A stretch of DNA of 64,000 bases from Eledone cirrhosa (taxonomy: Eukaryota), in the NCBI GenBank assembly GCA_964016885.1, contig OZ024741.1:103106001-103170000 (forward strand). The letters are read 5' to 3'. A model generated the notes under the pieces. The model did no database searches, was not told the DNA's origin, and worked only from the letters and a program-made list of their open reading frames with translations. Shown piece by piece: positions 1-13,400 of the stretch. The position numbers and the translations under genes were made by a program. The first letter of the stretch is position 1. Each line of letters opens with the position of its first letter.

Positions 1-94
1 TCTTCGCCCGTTGTTTTCTCAGCCTCACTTTCATATTTCTTATATTTTGTTTTCAAATCCATATTTACTAAAAAAAAACAAAAACACTGTTTTA

Positions 95-152
95 TTCATT
101 CTGACGACTGAAAACAGATATATCTGCTTTCAAGAAACCACTGGTAAATGAA
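95..152 (+). ncRNA. Type I hammerhead ribozyme motif
   Basis: TTCATT-CTGACGA-[C TGAAA A CAGAT AT ATCTG C TTTCA A]-GAAA-CCA C TGG-TA^AATGAA. Stem I 6 bp, stem II long, stem III ACCA/TGGT, GUA triplet. Confidence 0.85.
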
Positions 153-242
153 ATAATTATCTTATGTTGTTTATTACATAACTAATAGGCTCTGTAGCCT
201 ACATAGAGCACTCTTTTTTCCTGTACCTTTCCGACGGTATTC

Positions 243-285
<43 letters not shown>

Positions 286-291
<6 letters not shown>

Positions 292-576
292 TAAATAAAA
301 GTCAAATGATTAAAATTTAGCTTCGTTTATTACTGCTATATATATTTCAGTGACAGCCTTCTTTGGCTGTGACTTCTTCGGGCAGTTTGAATTAGTATGG
401 TATAGACAAGTACATATGTTGTTTCGGTGTATAATATTGCCAATACTCTGATATGCCCAGTTCCTTGTTGGGTTGTTAATTCACTGAGGAACTGGAGTCA
501 TATGACTGTCACTGAAATATATATACCAGTAATAAACGAAGCTAAATTTTAATCATTTGACTTTTATTTAACTTTA
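286..576. mobile_element. PLE pseudo-LTR-derived fold-back element (arms ~286-356 and ~506-576)
   Basis: About 70 bp near-perfect inverted repeat next to (TA)n. Arms end within hammerhead stem II. Confidence 0.65.
332..386 (-). ncRNA. Minimal hammerhead motif, variant core CCGAAGA
   Basis: ACTGC-CCGAAGA-AGTCACAGCC aaagaa GGCTGTCACT-GAAA-TATATA-TA^GCAGT. Stems I and II pair and stem III is palindromic. Confidence 0.65.
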
Positions 577-671
577 TTTTACACTACTCCGGAGTAACCA
601 AACCAACCTGCGCACTTCGTCGAGTGCTCCAGCCTGCATACTGAGGTGTTGGTATACAACCAACATAAACT

Positions 672-747
<76 letters not shown>

Positions 748-975
748 TTGCGAAGTTTTTGATATGAAATCGTGTGTCGAAACAAATATTGTTATACTTG
801 GGGAGGGTCATATTTGTGTAATAATATTGCCAGAATTAATAACAGAACACACTCACTGTTTGGTTGGTTTTCGCTTCTGTATCTTTTATATCAGTTAATT
901 TAATTTATTCGGTCCATTGACTGATCACCGGTCAAAAATACAGATATAATATAGACACAAACACATATATATAGT

Positions 976-1020
976 CTAACAAAGTTCTTTCGTTGCACAT
1001 CTGCAACATCGTCAGTGGTG
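976..1020 (-). ncRNA. Hammerhead-like motif in PLE pLTR (extra U after core)
   Basis: CTGACGA-T-GTTGCA gatg TGCAAC-GAAA-GAACTT. Stems I and III weak. Homologues at ~28155-28195 (-) and ~28742-28786 (+). Confidence 0.55.
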
Positions 1021-1189
1021 CTATTATTTTACCTCCTGTTGTATTGTATGTCTACGCCATCTTTATTTAATCCGTTTATTTATTTATTTATTTATTTATC
1101 TATTTATACTTCTCTTGGGTCAGTATTGTTTGCTTGGGTGTTGTGTTATTCCATTAATTTTTTCTGTTTAGCTTTGGCCTTCTAAGTTC

Positions 1190-4100
1190 TATTTCGCTTG
1201 CCTCTCTGATTTGCCTATCTGCTGGGTCATTTCTATGTTTAGATATTATTCTAATTTCTATGTTGTCTATGTTACCCTCGTGTTGTTGTCTGGCGTGTTC
1301 GTATAGTACTGAACCGTTTTTTCGTCCTTTTAGTTACCCCCAGTGTTGGTCATCCTTTCACCTATGCTACGAGTTGTCTCGGCTATATATGTTGTTGTCA
1401 TGTTTCTGCAAGTGCCCTCTGTACATCTTATGCTATAGACTACGTTTCTAGTTTTACAGTTTATCCGGGGGTTTACTTTTCATATAATACATTTCCTATT
1501 AGTACAGTGGGTTTCCTTAAAAGGGTAGGTTTTGCTGATCAGGGATTTTATGGTGGTTCCTGGCTTTTCTACCACCTTAATCTTTAAGTGGATCTTTCTC
1601 AGGGCCTTTCTACACTGGTTAGCTAATTTCCTTCCAGGGGTAGCGTCCACGAACATGACACTCTGGTATCTCAGGTTGTCGTACCATGAGGTGGCTTTCC
1701 CTATCTTATGTCTAGTCCTATCTAAGCTATTCCATGATTTTCTCCTGTATAATGGGCAAATTCCTTTCATGTCCAGTTCTCCGTGGCTCCTTCGTATACT
1801 CTGACTCTGTCTCTTTGGTTGTAGCCAGAGAACTGCATGCGGTTGATGAATTATTGAATGTGTCTTTCTAGTTCTGTTGGGTCGCACATGCGGGACACGT
1901 TGTTCATCACTCGTACCAAGTCTGCGATCAGAATATTAAACTTAGCACTACTGGACATTGCTGAGTTTTTGAGTATCAGATATTTGGAGGCCATGGGTTT
2001 AGCGTAGTGTGAGTGGAAATTTTGGGCTCTCTCCTCTATAGTGTTAATCCAGAATTCCGTGTCTAATACAGGTAGTCTATTGTTAGGGTGTTTGGAAGGG
2101 TAGTCGATAGTTACAGTTATACTCTGGTGTATGGAAGTAGCTATCTGCTGGATGTTTTCCATTGCGCTACGTTCTAAATCAAACTTGTTAGTACTCTCTT
2201 GTGGGGATGTCCATATTACTATATTGATGTCGTCTACATAACGAGAGTACATGATGAGGTCTATGGAGCTCTCATCAAGGAGATCTTTGAGTCTCCTTTC
2301 CCACCATACCACAAAAAGATTGGCAACGTTACCAGCTATGCTGACGCCAATGGCTGCTCCCTCATTTTGGGTGTAGATCTTCTCGTTGAATTTGAATATG
2401 TGGCCCTTTAGGGTAGTTTTAATACTAGCCCATATTGCATGTGCGACCATTTTCCTTACCTGATCGTTGTTTTGGGGGGTCCGTATGGCGTTGGTTCACC
2501 CAATCCACCTTCCCATGGGAGTCTTTTTAGCCATTGAGGTTATGGTGGGGGGTCTCCCTCTTATGGGTCTACTGGGGCAGAAACGTCTAAGGTCATGGCT
2601 GTCTAGGTAATCAGTGTCATAGGTAAGTCTACGTAGGAGGCCCAGTTAGTCTGTGTCGACGTCGCAGAACTCCACCTCACTCTCAATGATCATCTCCACA
2701 CATTTTTTCACAGCAAAATCAATGTTAATGGATGGGTACAGTGATACAATATCCATACTGCCTATTATGCTGTTGGATAGGTTCCTGTTTTTGTTGCACT
2801 CACTGATTCTGCTGAGGAGGTCCTCTGTACTGTCACATACATCTTGGGCATCTTGATTATGGGGCGTATAACCATTGAGAGGAAGTAAGAGATCCTGTAG
2901 TTTCTAGCTATATTGGCTCCGCATACAGGTCTTGTTGGTGGTCCTGTTGTCGGGTCGTCGACTGTCTTATGGTCTTTGCGGAGCCCATACAAGGGTGGTA
3001 TGCCATTGATAGACGCCTGGAAGTTGTTGGCAGTGCGTCTGCTTGGCTTTAGGATGTCGATCCACATCATCATGTGAGCGTTGAGGATTTTTTCTCTCCC
3101 CTCATATATTTGCTGTGCAATTTTTCGCTCATGTTGGTGATGTGGGGTTGCATAGCCTTCATGTAGTTCGGCATGCTGTCTATTGACATCCTACCAGACT
3201 TATCCGTGGGTAGACATACTACCTCACCATCCTTTGTGCGCTGCTTGAGGCTAACCAAGCTTTCTACAGGTTTCCTCCCAAGTTGTTGGACCTCTGATCT
3301 GCTTTGTCTCTTAGTATACCGGTCAACTATTTGTCTAATCTTATTTCTAGCTATGGTGAACTGTGCTTCTGTCTCGTCATCTATTTGTTGTGGTATGCAA
3401 ACCCTTTTATTAAAGGGTAACCTCGTAGGATAGATATTACCCATCTTATATGTTTTGTCAGCTGAAGAATAGTTTCTCTAAGGGTTGTCATTATATCTAT
3501 CGTCATAGCTGTGTGTGTTGCTATTATTGTTATTATGGTGGTTGTTGTTCCTATCATTAACATTATCATTATAAATGGCGGTGGATTGGCAGTATCGGTA
3601 GAAGGTCGGACGCCTTTGCCATTCTGAGTTCAAATCCCGCCGAGGTTAACTTTGCCTTTCATCCTTACGGGGTCGATAAAATAAAGTACCAGTAATGCAC
3701 TGTGTAATTGCTGGCCTTGTGCCAAAAGTAGAAACAATTATTGTTATGATTGCTAGATGTATTGTTGCTGTGATTGTTAGATGTATTGTTGTTGTTTTCT
3801 CCACTGTTATTGTTGTTGTTACTGTCATTTCCACCATTGTGGTTGTTAATTTTATTATGTTTCTTGTTTTTGTTGTTGTTGTGTCTATCATTAATGTTGC
3901 TACACGTATTATTTCCATTATTACTACTGTGGTTGTTGTTGTTGTTACTCGTATTATTACCATTATTACTATTGTGGTCGCTGCTGCTGTGTCTGTCGTT
4001 AATGTTTCTATTATTATTATTGTGGTTGTTGTTGTTCTGCCTATCGTTAATATTATTACCATTATTATTATTACTATTTCTCACTCTCCTGCTATTGTTA

Positions 4101-4195
4101 TGACTATTACTATTATAGTTGTTATTTCTATACTCAGAGTTATTGTTTATATTACTACTATCGTTATTATTATTGTTTTTGTTGTTGTTGTCCAT
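1190..4195 (-). pseudogene. PLE RT + GIY-YIG endonuclease ORF, frameshifted
   Basis: ORF pieces 3665-4195, 3070-3444, 2765-3073, 1851-2450 and 1480-1887 are collinear parts of one PLE protein. Confidence 0.85.
3576..3742 (+). mobile_element. tRNA-derived SINE with Nin/Deu-type central domain, inserted in the PLE
   Basis: A-box-like TGGCAGTATCGG, B box GAGTTCAAATCC, domain GCCTTTCATCCTTACGGGGTCGATAAAATAAAGTACCAG. Confidence 0.85.
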
Positions 4196-4418
4196 ATAGT
4201 TGTTGTTAAACAGCTAAACAGAAAAAATGAATGGAATAACAACACCCAAACAAACAATACTGACCTAAGAGAAGTATAAATAAATAAATAAATAAATACA
4301 TACACAAGCACAATAACAACAAACACATATAAACACACTAGTAAACTAAGATAGAATACAATAACCAAAACACAGTCACCCAAACATGAACACACATCAA
4401 ACACTATACACACACGCA

Positions 4419-5430
4419 AGACCACTAAAGATCCTATTCAGAAGTTCTTTGACTAGCGGTAAACTACACAGAGAGCTAAAAGAAGGCACAATATGCTCTC
4501 TCCATAAAGGAGGAAGCAGAGCGGAGGCCAAAACCTACAGGCCAGTCTCCCTGACGTCACATATCAGTAAGGGGCATGGAACAAATCATCAGAAAGAAAC
4601 TGATCACGTTCCTCGAGGAAAGTGATCGCCTAACTAGTAAGTAGCATGGCTTTCGCCCGGGAAGAAGCTGCCTTACGCAGCTGTTACAACACTATGACTG
4701 GGTACTGAAACAACTGCTGGACAGCTCACATGATATATCTTGACTTTGATGGACGTGATATATCTTGACTTTGCGAAGGTCTTTGACAAGCTCGACCACG
4801 GAATGATATGTCACAAACTACACGGACTCGGCATAAATGGAAAAATAGGTGAGTGGTTGCATGACTTCTTAAAGGACATAAGCTAGACAGTCGCAGCAAA
4901 CGGGGCCCTCTCAAAGGAAACATCAATAACAAGTAGGGTGCCCCAAGGGACAGTCCTGAGACCACTACTGTTTTTGGTGTATCTTTTTCTTCACACATCA
5001 TGAGGGTGGCGACAATGTGCAGACGACTCGCTGGCTTGATGTTGAGGACTTTCTGGACAAGAGACCAAGAGACCATGTTGATACTATGGAGGACATTTGT
5101 CCTAAGCCGACTGGACTACTACTCCCAACTGTGGTCACCCATAGTATCAAATTAACCATAGAGCTTGAGGCAATTCAACGAAGCTACACCAAGAGGATTT
5201 CCACGATGATGAGATGGGCTACTGGCAGTGGATAAAAAAACTGAAACTCTACTGTTTGGAACGAAGACTGGAGAGATACGCAATGATATACATATGGAAA
5301 ATCCTGGAGGAACTAGCACCAAACTTTGGCATTGAGAGCTGGACCAACCCAGGAAAAGGAAGTCACTGTCTGGTGTCTTTCACATCTTCACATCTTCAGC
5401 CGGATGGCTGGAACAGGTAAAAAAGGTAAG
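4419..5430 (+). mobile_element. CR1-clade LINE RT remnant
   Basis: HKGGSRAEAKTYRPVSLTSH, HGFRPGRSCLTQLL, IYLDFAKVFDK, VPQGTVL, LERRLERY. 3' tail GGATGGCTGGAACAGGTAAAA shared with ~22635. Confidence 0.85.
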
Positions 5431-5813
5431 AGTAAAAAATGTATATGGAATATATATATGTGTGTGTGCGCGTGTGCGTGTGTGTTATATATATATGTAA
5501 TATATATGTGTGTAATATATGTATATATGTAATATATATATATGTGTAATATAAATTTATATGTGTATATATATATATGTGTGTATGTGTGTGTCTGTTA
5601 GTTATGTGCATCACAACGTTTACAGACGGTGCGCCGTTTGAAGCACTCGATGCTGTTACGAGGTCCGTTTCGTTTGGGTTGTATTCCATTCCAGTGTTAC
5701 GGACGTAGCGTGCAGAGTGTAAATAGATTTACAAGAGTGGAAGTCAGTGTTACAGCATATGTAGAAACTTCATTTACGTTTAGATGTGCCTTTGCATATA
5801 TAAGCTCGCATAT

Positions 5814-5960
5814 CTGATGAGGTGTCGAAACAGAGTCAGGCTCCGTCACCATCATTCACGGCAGAGAGTAGAGATTAATCAATACAGAAGCTTTAATATT
5901 CGTTTTTTAAGGCTATATACTCTGGTATTTCACCTGTTGATCATAGGCTCATCAGACAAG
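5814..5960. ncRNA. Two degenerate convergent hammerhead cores (5814-5847 +; ~5911-5960 -)
   Basis: CTGATGA ggtgtc GAAA C AGAG tcagg CTCC GTC (+) and CTGATGA GCCT..AGGT GAAA TAC caga GTA TA (-). Stem I is not recoverable in either. Confidence 0.4.
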
Positions 5961-6484
5961 AACTAACATTTAATAGCAGATACGGTATAAGGTAAGACTC
6001 GGGGGAAGTGGGTGATTGAGGAGGGGGAATTAAGATAGTGACAGGGTGTTAGTGGCAGTGGAGGGAGGAGAGAGCTGTGTGAAGGAGATGATAATGGACA
6101 TTGCCATAAACAAAATATGTATATATATGCATGAATGTATATGTGTGTATGCGCGTTTGTATTTGAGTACATACAACAACGATCCAACAAAAATTAAACA
6201 ACATAGCAACATCAAAATCAAATTAACTGCAAAGAAATCCACCAAAGGTAACAATAGAATGAGTCACTACAGTCACAGGAGCCATTAAAAACAGCCAATA
6301 AATACTCTCTACCCTCTCCCAATTATACCCATCCGTCTGAAAAAGAAGTGACAAATTTGTTAATGCCACACTTGTTAGCCTCTGCCTTGATTCGATTATT
6401 CATATCGCAACTTTAACAATCTTATCTACCCAAAACTCGACATGATTATGTAAACCTCATAGTGAGGACGGATACCTTAATAAT

Positions 6485-6663
6485 TGTTTCTAGTTTAGGC
6501 ACAAGGCCAGCAATTACACAGTACATTACTGGTACTTTATGTTATCGACCCCGTAAGGATGAAAGGCAAAGTTAACCTCGGCGGGATTTGAACTCAGACT
6601 GTAAAGGGACGTAACTATGCTAGAAAGCATGGCGTCCAACTCTCTACCGATACTGCCAATTCA
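6485..6663 (-). mobile_element. Nin-domain tRNA-SINE with target-site duplication
   Basis: Same family as 3576. Flanked by ACCTTAATAAT direct repeats. Confidence 0.85.
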
Positions 6664-7149
6664 CCTTAATAATGTAACCTACCAAGAGTTCAGCATGAAT
6701 ACTTTAGGTTTGTGGAGAAGCCATCCAGACCCGGTGATTTACACCACGCACAACCATTCAGAGCCTTCCGTTCTTTAGCTGATGTTATCGCCTTTTCTCA
6801 CCCATCTGCTGAATCTTGGCCGGCAACCAAAGTAACCATCGAAGTTCCTGTCTTTAGTCCACCGTTTCCACACAAAAATCTGGAAAAAACTGGTTAAATG
6901 CTACACATAATTGATTAGAATCGAATTGCACATGCTCATCGTGATCTGTGAAACCCATCCATTGAAAATTGAATTAGGTTTCGCCGTAACTTTATTAAAT
7001 AAAATAGTTTAATTAAATGACATGCCTATAGCAACAAAAGCACAGTTTTCGAACCAGTTTCTTGTAATAGTCTTCTTGTGAAGTCTATAACAAGAAACTG
7101 TATACATAGGCTGAGGGGCGGAGGTGTAATTACGTATTTTATGGTGTTC

Positions 7150-7827
7150 AATTGATAATCCTTTTCGAAGTAGGCTCCTTGTACCTCAACACACTAAACT
7201 CAGCGATAATTCCACTGTTCGAAGCCCGTCTAGGATCCTTCTTCCGGACTAACTTTCAGCTCCGCTGTTGCATTCCACATGATGTCCTGTCTGCTGTCAA
7301 AGCGGAGGTTTTCAGTGACATCTTTTAGTTTATTTTTGTGTGTGGGGGGGGGGGGGTAATACGACGACAGAAGGACCTATGACTGTAGAGTAAAGAGCCT
7401 GGCTAATGAACAAAAATGCCGTTCTTTGCCATGAAACTTTACATCATCTGCAATGAATGAGCCGGTGCGTTGTCATGATGGAGCAGCCAGTTTTGCGAGG
7501 CTCATAGATCTTGTCTCTTACATCGAACTGCATCTCGAAATTGACGGAGGATAGTATTACTTTGTAACTGTTTGTTCTTCTGGTGCGTATTCCTGGGGCA
7601 TATTGCCTCGGTGATTAAAGAAATCATTCAGCATCACCTTGACTTTGCTCCGTATATGACATGCTACTAAAGCTGTCGAATGCTTTCGCTGTGATGACTG
7701 AGCTTTGCTTTCTGGGTCGTACCCGAAAATCTACATTTCATTTGCAGTTATCACGGTAGTCAAGAACTCAGGATCTTTGTTGAAATGAAATATACACAGC
7801 ACCTCACACTTTTTCGCTAGATCTTGC

Positions 7828-7861
<34 letters not shown>

Positions 7862-8085
7862 GCATGCGCGTGTGTGTGTGTGTGTATCTGTGTATACAAA
7901 ACAGGCAAGCGCTGAACCTCACCCACACAGACACAGGCATATACAGTTCACCTTAAACTGCCCGGTAATGACAGCTCTTTGTATTCTTTTAAATTGTCTC
8001 GAATTCTGTCAGCCAAAGCTATTGCTTTGACACACCCTAGATTTCATCCTTAGTGCGATACACACGTCCACCCACCGTCCACGCC
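7150..8085 (-). mobile_element. Mariner (Tc1/mariner) transposase relic
   Basis: FLTTVITANEM*IFGYDPESKAQSSQ, SKVKVML, HHDNAP motifs. Many stops. Interrupted by a microsatellite at ~7826-7890. Confidence 0.8.
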
Positions 8086-8365
8086 TTCTCTTTATATTCT
8101 TCGACATACTACCACGTAATATTTTGAACTATATGAGCACCACAAAAAAACAACTTTTTTTTTTCCCACCTCTGGAGTACAGCTATTCACAACTCAATTT
8201 CTGAAAACCAACAACAGAAAATTTTGTATACAGGCTTAGTACACATACACATACACAGACAAACACAGGCACACACACATATACATACCTCCATCCAATC
8301 CATCCATCCATCCATACATACATACATACATACATACATACATACATACATACATACATACATAC

Positions 8366-10336
8366 AATGATTCAGGAAAAAACAACAAAGAATCGCAGAA
8401 ACATGACTGTCGTGTGGCTGGACTATCAAACAGCATTTGATAGTGTACCTCATGGGTGGATTGTTAAGGCTTTACAGTTAGCTAAAGTCCCACAACCATT
8501 GGTAGCTGCTGTTGAACGCCTGACCAAGAACTGGTACACCAGTTTGATCCTTAGAGGTGAGAAGGAGCAGGTTAAGACTGATAAGATACATTACTAGAAG
8601 GGCATCTTTCAGGGTGATAGCTTGTCAGTGCTACTCTTCGTTCTCTCACTGAATCCACTATCTTACCTACTCAGGAAACAAGGTGGACAAAGAAGTGGGC
8701 CCAGAAGTATCTCCCATCTTTTCTTTGTTGATGACCTGAAGTTGTATGGGCCAAATATCAATGACATCAAGAAACAATTGGACCTCATTACACAATTTTC
8801 AACCGACATCAAAATGAAATTTGGTGAGTCCAAGTGTGCATATTTGGCAGTAAAACGTGGAGGAGCTGTGCCCTCCTCTAGAAATCTAGAGATGAACGGC
8901 CTGACAATACAACCTCTGCAGTCAGGTGACAACTACAGATATCTTGGACAGGATGAGAATGTCAGATATGATGGACCCATAAATAAGGAGAGAACCAGAA
9001 CTGAATACCTCAGAATAGTAAAGAAAATATGGTCATCAGAACTGTCAGCATACAACAAATACATTGCCCACAATACTTATGCTGTGCCAATTCTAACGCC
9101 AACATTTGGCCTACTGAACTGGTCATTGCAAGAACTAAGTGAGATGGATGTTAGAACTCGAAAACTTCTCAGTGTTACTGGGAACTTTAACATCAATGGT
9201 GATGTGGATAGGCTATACTTCTCACGCAAGGAAGGTGGCCGGGGTCTAAAATCAATATTAACAACATATGAGACCCGGATAGTAACACTGAAGCAACACC
9301 TTCAACAGAGGAAAAAGGTTGGCAACCATCTTGCCCAGGTTTATGACCATGAAAAAAGAAATATCATTAGAATAGCGACTGATCTGGAGGAGAGATATGG
9401 AATAAAGCCTGATATAAATCTCTCACCCAGAGAAATCGGAAGATCCTATTCAATGTTCAAACAAGATAAAAAAATTGAACAATTTACAGAAAAAGTTGTG
9501 CATGGATACTTGAGGCGTAAAACACAGACCATAGAGGGGATAAACCACTCAAAAAGCCTGGCATGGAGTTCCGACAAGTTTATGACATCACACCTTGAGG
9601 GATATCTCTATGCAATACAGGAACAAGAACTCCCTACCAAATATCTGCTGCACAAAAGAGGAGGGCCAGCAGCTGACAATAAATGTAGGCTATGTAAAAC
9701 AAAGATCGAGGATGTAAGCCACATTGTTGCCAGCTGCGAAAGAATGTCATCTCGCTACTACCTCCCCATGAGACACGATGGGATAGCTAGAACCATCTGG
9801 AACGCACTTCGGAAAACAAAATTAACAACAAACGAGGAAGAATATATTGAGACAGATGGCACTAAGGAATACTGGTGGAACCTGAAAATAAAAACTGCCA
9901 CCAAATTAAAGCACAACCGGCCTGATATTGTAGTTTGGGACCACACATTGAAAACGTGTTCTGTTGTGGAGATCAGCTGCCCACTTGATGTAAACGTTGT
10001 CAGAAAAATACAGGAGAAGGAGGACATCTACGGACCATTGATGAGGAGTTTACAAATCCAGTATCCAAGATACACCTTTAGCTTCATACCCATCATTATT
10101 GGTGCTACGGGTTATATACCAACCCGCTTGGACCAAAGTATGACTGAACTTGGATTTGCGGACAAAAAGCGCAGCTCCCTAATTCAGAGTCTACAAATGG
10201 CTGCGATAGCTGGCACCTTCATAATTTGCAAAACATTCTTGCGATTCAAGGGATGACAATTTCTTTTCTTTTACAACCTTGCCACCAGGAAGGTGGCCGG
10301 TCAAAAAAATATACTCGAAATTAAGAGAAAGAGAAA
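8366..10336 (+). mobile_element. R4/Dong-like non-LTR retrotransposon, 5' truncated, in (CATA)n
   Basis: RT WLDYQTAFDSVPH, GIFQGDSLS, FFVDDLK. Zn knuckle CRLC..HIVASC, RHD, RLE HNRPDI..D..EISCP. (CATA)n on both sides. Confidence 0.9.
8367..10256 (+). pseudogene. RT-CCHC-RLE ORF with one in-frame stop (8595-8597)
   Basis: ORFs 8367-8597 and 8622-10256 are in the same frame. Confidence 0.85.
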
Positions 10337-10340
10337 ACAT

Positions 10341-10371
<31 letters not shown>

Positions 10372-10450
10372 TACATACATACATACATACATACATACAT
10401 ACATACATACATACATACATACATACATACATACATACATACATACATAC

Positions 10451-13400
10451 ACAACATCAACAAAAAAATTAAGGAAGTATCGAAGACAAATAACAAAGAA
10501 GGTAATCAAACTTTATTCAGTTGTAGCTACAGAAGAAACCGAAATTATAAATCGCATTTCTCTTGGAGTTGCGAACTTAATAATGATTTATTTAATTGTT
10601 ATAAAATGATCAAAAACAATCCCTCCATTGGCTATATGAATAGAATGAAGCTACACTGGGACGAAATGCACCCAGAGCTAAATTATTTTACAGCGAAACA
10701 ATTACGCCAACAAACGACGTTTGTTGAACGTAAAAATAAGATAAATATTATTAATTCTAAGTCCCCCACAACAAACATGTTATCAACAACACGTGCTACA
10801 GGTCGCCATGCTACTAGACTTCCTAGCAGCCAGGTCGAACAGCGCCTTGAAACAACTATGCCTGTAAGAAACTTGACACCACCTGTACCATCTAAGTCTA
10901 CCTCGAATGCTGGGGAAAACACTATCGATAATAATAATAATCGAAGAAATAATAATAATAATCGAATAAATGTGACACCACGTATACCATCCGAGTCTAC
11001 CTCGACTGTTGTGGAAAATACTATCGATAATGATAATCAAAAGTATAAACAATTGAAAATTTCCCTCAACGAAATCTTCCAGAGAGAAATTAACTCATGT
11101 ATAAATATCCTTCTTGCTGAACGTGTTAAAATGACAATGGTGAATAAAAAACCAAATAATGAAATACTACGTGTTATTGACGAAATAGGGGATGAATATT
11201 TACGACGGATAAAAACCCCCAACATTTTGGCAAATCAACGCCTGTTTATATGCCTTAGCAATGACAGTGAAGCATTATCTTGGTGATAGCAGAGATATTA
11301 ACAAGAACAAAACACCACCAAAAATACCATCATATATAAATAACTAAAATAGAAAAAAAGAGTGCTGACCTACGAAAAAACATAGGACATATGACAATGC
11401 TCCTTACATGCAAACAAACACAAAAAAACCTCACTCCTCACCAACAAAGAGTGAAAAATAAAATAGAGACGATGTTTGGTAACAGTAGAACCAGAACTCT
11501 CCAATATAAGCTGATCACCCTCAAACAAGAATTGAGAGCTGTTAGCGAAAAACGCCGATACCTGAAGAAGGTAGATGAGAGAAAAATGCTTAATAAAAGA
11601 TTCAGAGGAAACCAAACATCAGTCTATAGAGATATGAAGAGCAAAATAATAAGTGTCACTGAGGCCCCATCCCAGAAAGACATAGATTCCTTTTGAAGCA
11701 AAATATGGGGTGAAAAGAAGAATTTCAACCAAGATGCAGTGTGGCTAAGAGAAATCCGAAAGAACTATTGCTCCTACACTACAACAAAAACATACGAAAT
11801 AAGTGAGGGTACCCTTGAGACTGTGATAGGAAAACTCCAAGATAAGAAAACACCAGGAAGAGACATGATTGTCGGCTACTGGTACAAAAAACTAATATTC
11901 TTAATGTTCTTAAAGGAGATACACTTATACCAGAATGGTTGACATTAGCACAAACGTTACTGGTCCCCAAGAACAAAGACACCCACTTGGCAAAAAACTA
12001 CCGACCCATTGCATACCAAAACCTGATGTATAAGATGTATACAGCCTGCCTGAACCTATTCCTCCAAGATCACTGTGAAAATAATAACATCATCACAGAT
12101 GAACAAGCAGCTGGAAAGAAAAGGGTTTGGGGATGTTCTGAACAACTCCTAATCAACAAAACTACGATGTCGGGGGTGCGACAACTTAGGAGTAATATGA
12201 CTACAGTCTGGCTGGACTTGAGAAAAGCTTTCGATTCTGTTCCCCACTCTTGGATGATAGAGGCCCTCCAACTTGCTAAAATCCCAGACATTATGGAAAA
12301 AAACCATAGATGGGCTGTCTTCTTCTTGGGCTACTATCCTAAGGTTAAAGACAGAGAGGGAGGACTCTATTTTCACTGATAAAATAAAATATTGCAGGGG
12401 CATATTTCAGGGGGACAGTCTCTCTGTGATATTGTTCATCTTGTCATTAAACCCCTTGTCCTTTCTGCTCAAGAAATGTGGGGGATACATCATTGGCTCA
12501 CAGGAGGACAGAAATATGAACCTAACCCATAACTTCTTTGTGGACGATCTGAAACTCTATGCCAAGAACATGGATGGGATGAAGAAAAATCTTGACCTGG
12601 TTACAACGTTCTCAAAGGATATAGGAATGGAGTTTGGCCAAGATAAATGCTCATACATGACTGTAAAGCGGGGGAAAACAACAACCCAATCTAGCAACAT
12701 TGTCATCAATGGTCTAACTGTTTCACCGATATCTGATAAGGACTGCTACAGATACCTGGGGATAGATGAGAACATATCCTATAATGGTATCTGTAATAAA
12801 TACTACACCCAATTAAGAAAGATCTGGTCATCAGAACTCTCTGCGCAAAACAAAACAGTGGCTCACAATGTGTTTGCTGTGCCTGTCCTAACACCAACGT
12901 TTGGAATACTCAATTGGACGATAAACGAAATCCGAGCAGTTGATGTTGGAACTCGAAAAATACTGAACAACACCGGAAACTTCCACATCAGCAGTGACAT
13001 AGACCGCCTTTACTTGAAACGTAAGCAGGAAGGCAGAGGCCTAACATCAGTCCAGACAACATTTGAATGTCGCATCATATCTCTCCGACAACATCTACGA
13101 ACCGTGAGGCGTAGGAGCCCGCTTCTCGAGCAAGTCTATCTGCATGAAACAGATAAGATCATGAGAGTTGGGAAGGAACTCCTTGAGAGATATTCCCTGT
13201 GTGATAATCAAAAACTCACACCCAGGGATGTCGCTCAGCAGTATCGCAGAGAATCCATGGATGAAAAACTGCATGCCTATCAGCAAAAAATCATGTATGG
13301 ATATGTTGCCAGGAAGCTCCAGAGTGAGAGTAATATAGATAAGGAAAGTAGTCTATCTTGGACCAACAACCGCTATATTGGCTCCCACTTTGAAGGATAC

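Larger units (their letters stand above)
743..4418 (-). mobile_element. Penelope-like retroelement (probably Neptune-type), near full length, disrupted, with 3' pLTR and inverted 5' pLTR piece
   Basis: RT motifs PTDKSGR, PTRPVCG, GAAIGVSIAGNVANLF, YSRYVDDI, LPVLD. GIY-YIG NCKTRNVVYSIRC...YIAETTR near 1350-1470. Asn-rich N-terminus. 4212-4297 is an inverted copy of ~1085-1173. Confidence 0.9.

Noticed and set aside
8595-8597. Programmed read-through in the R4 ORF
   Set aside because: The paralogous element has a sense codon here, so this is a simple nonsense mutation.
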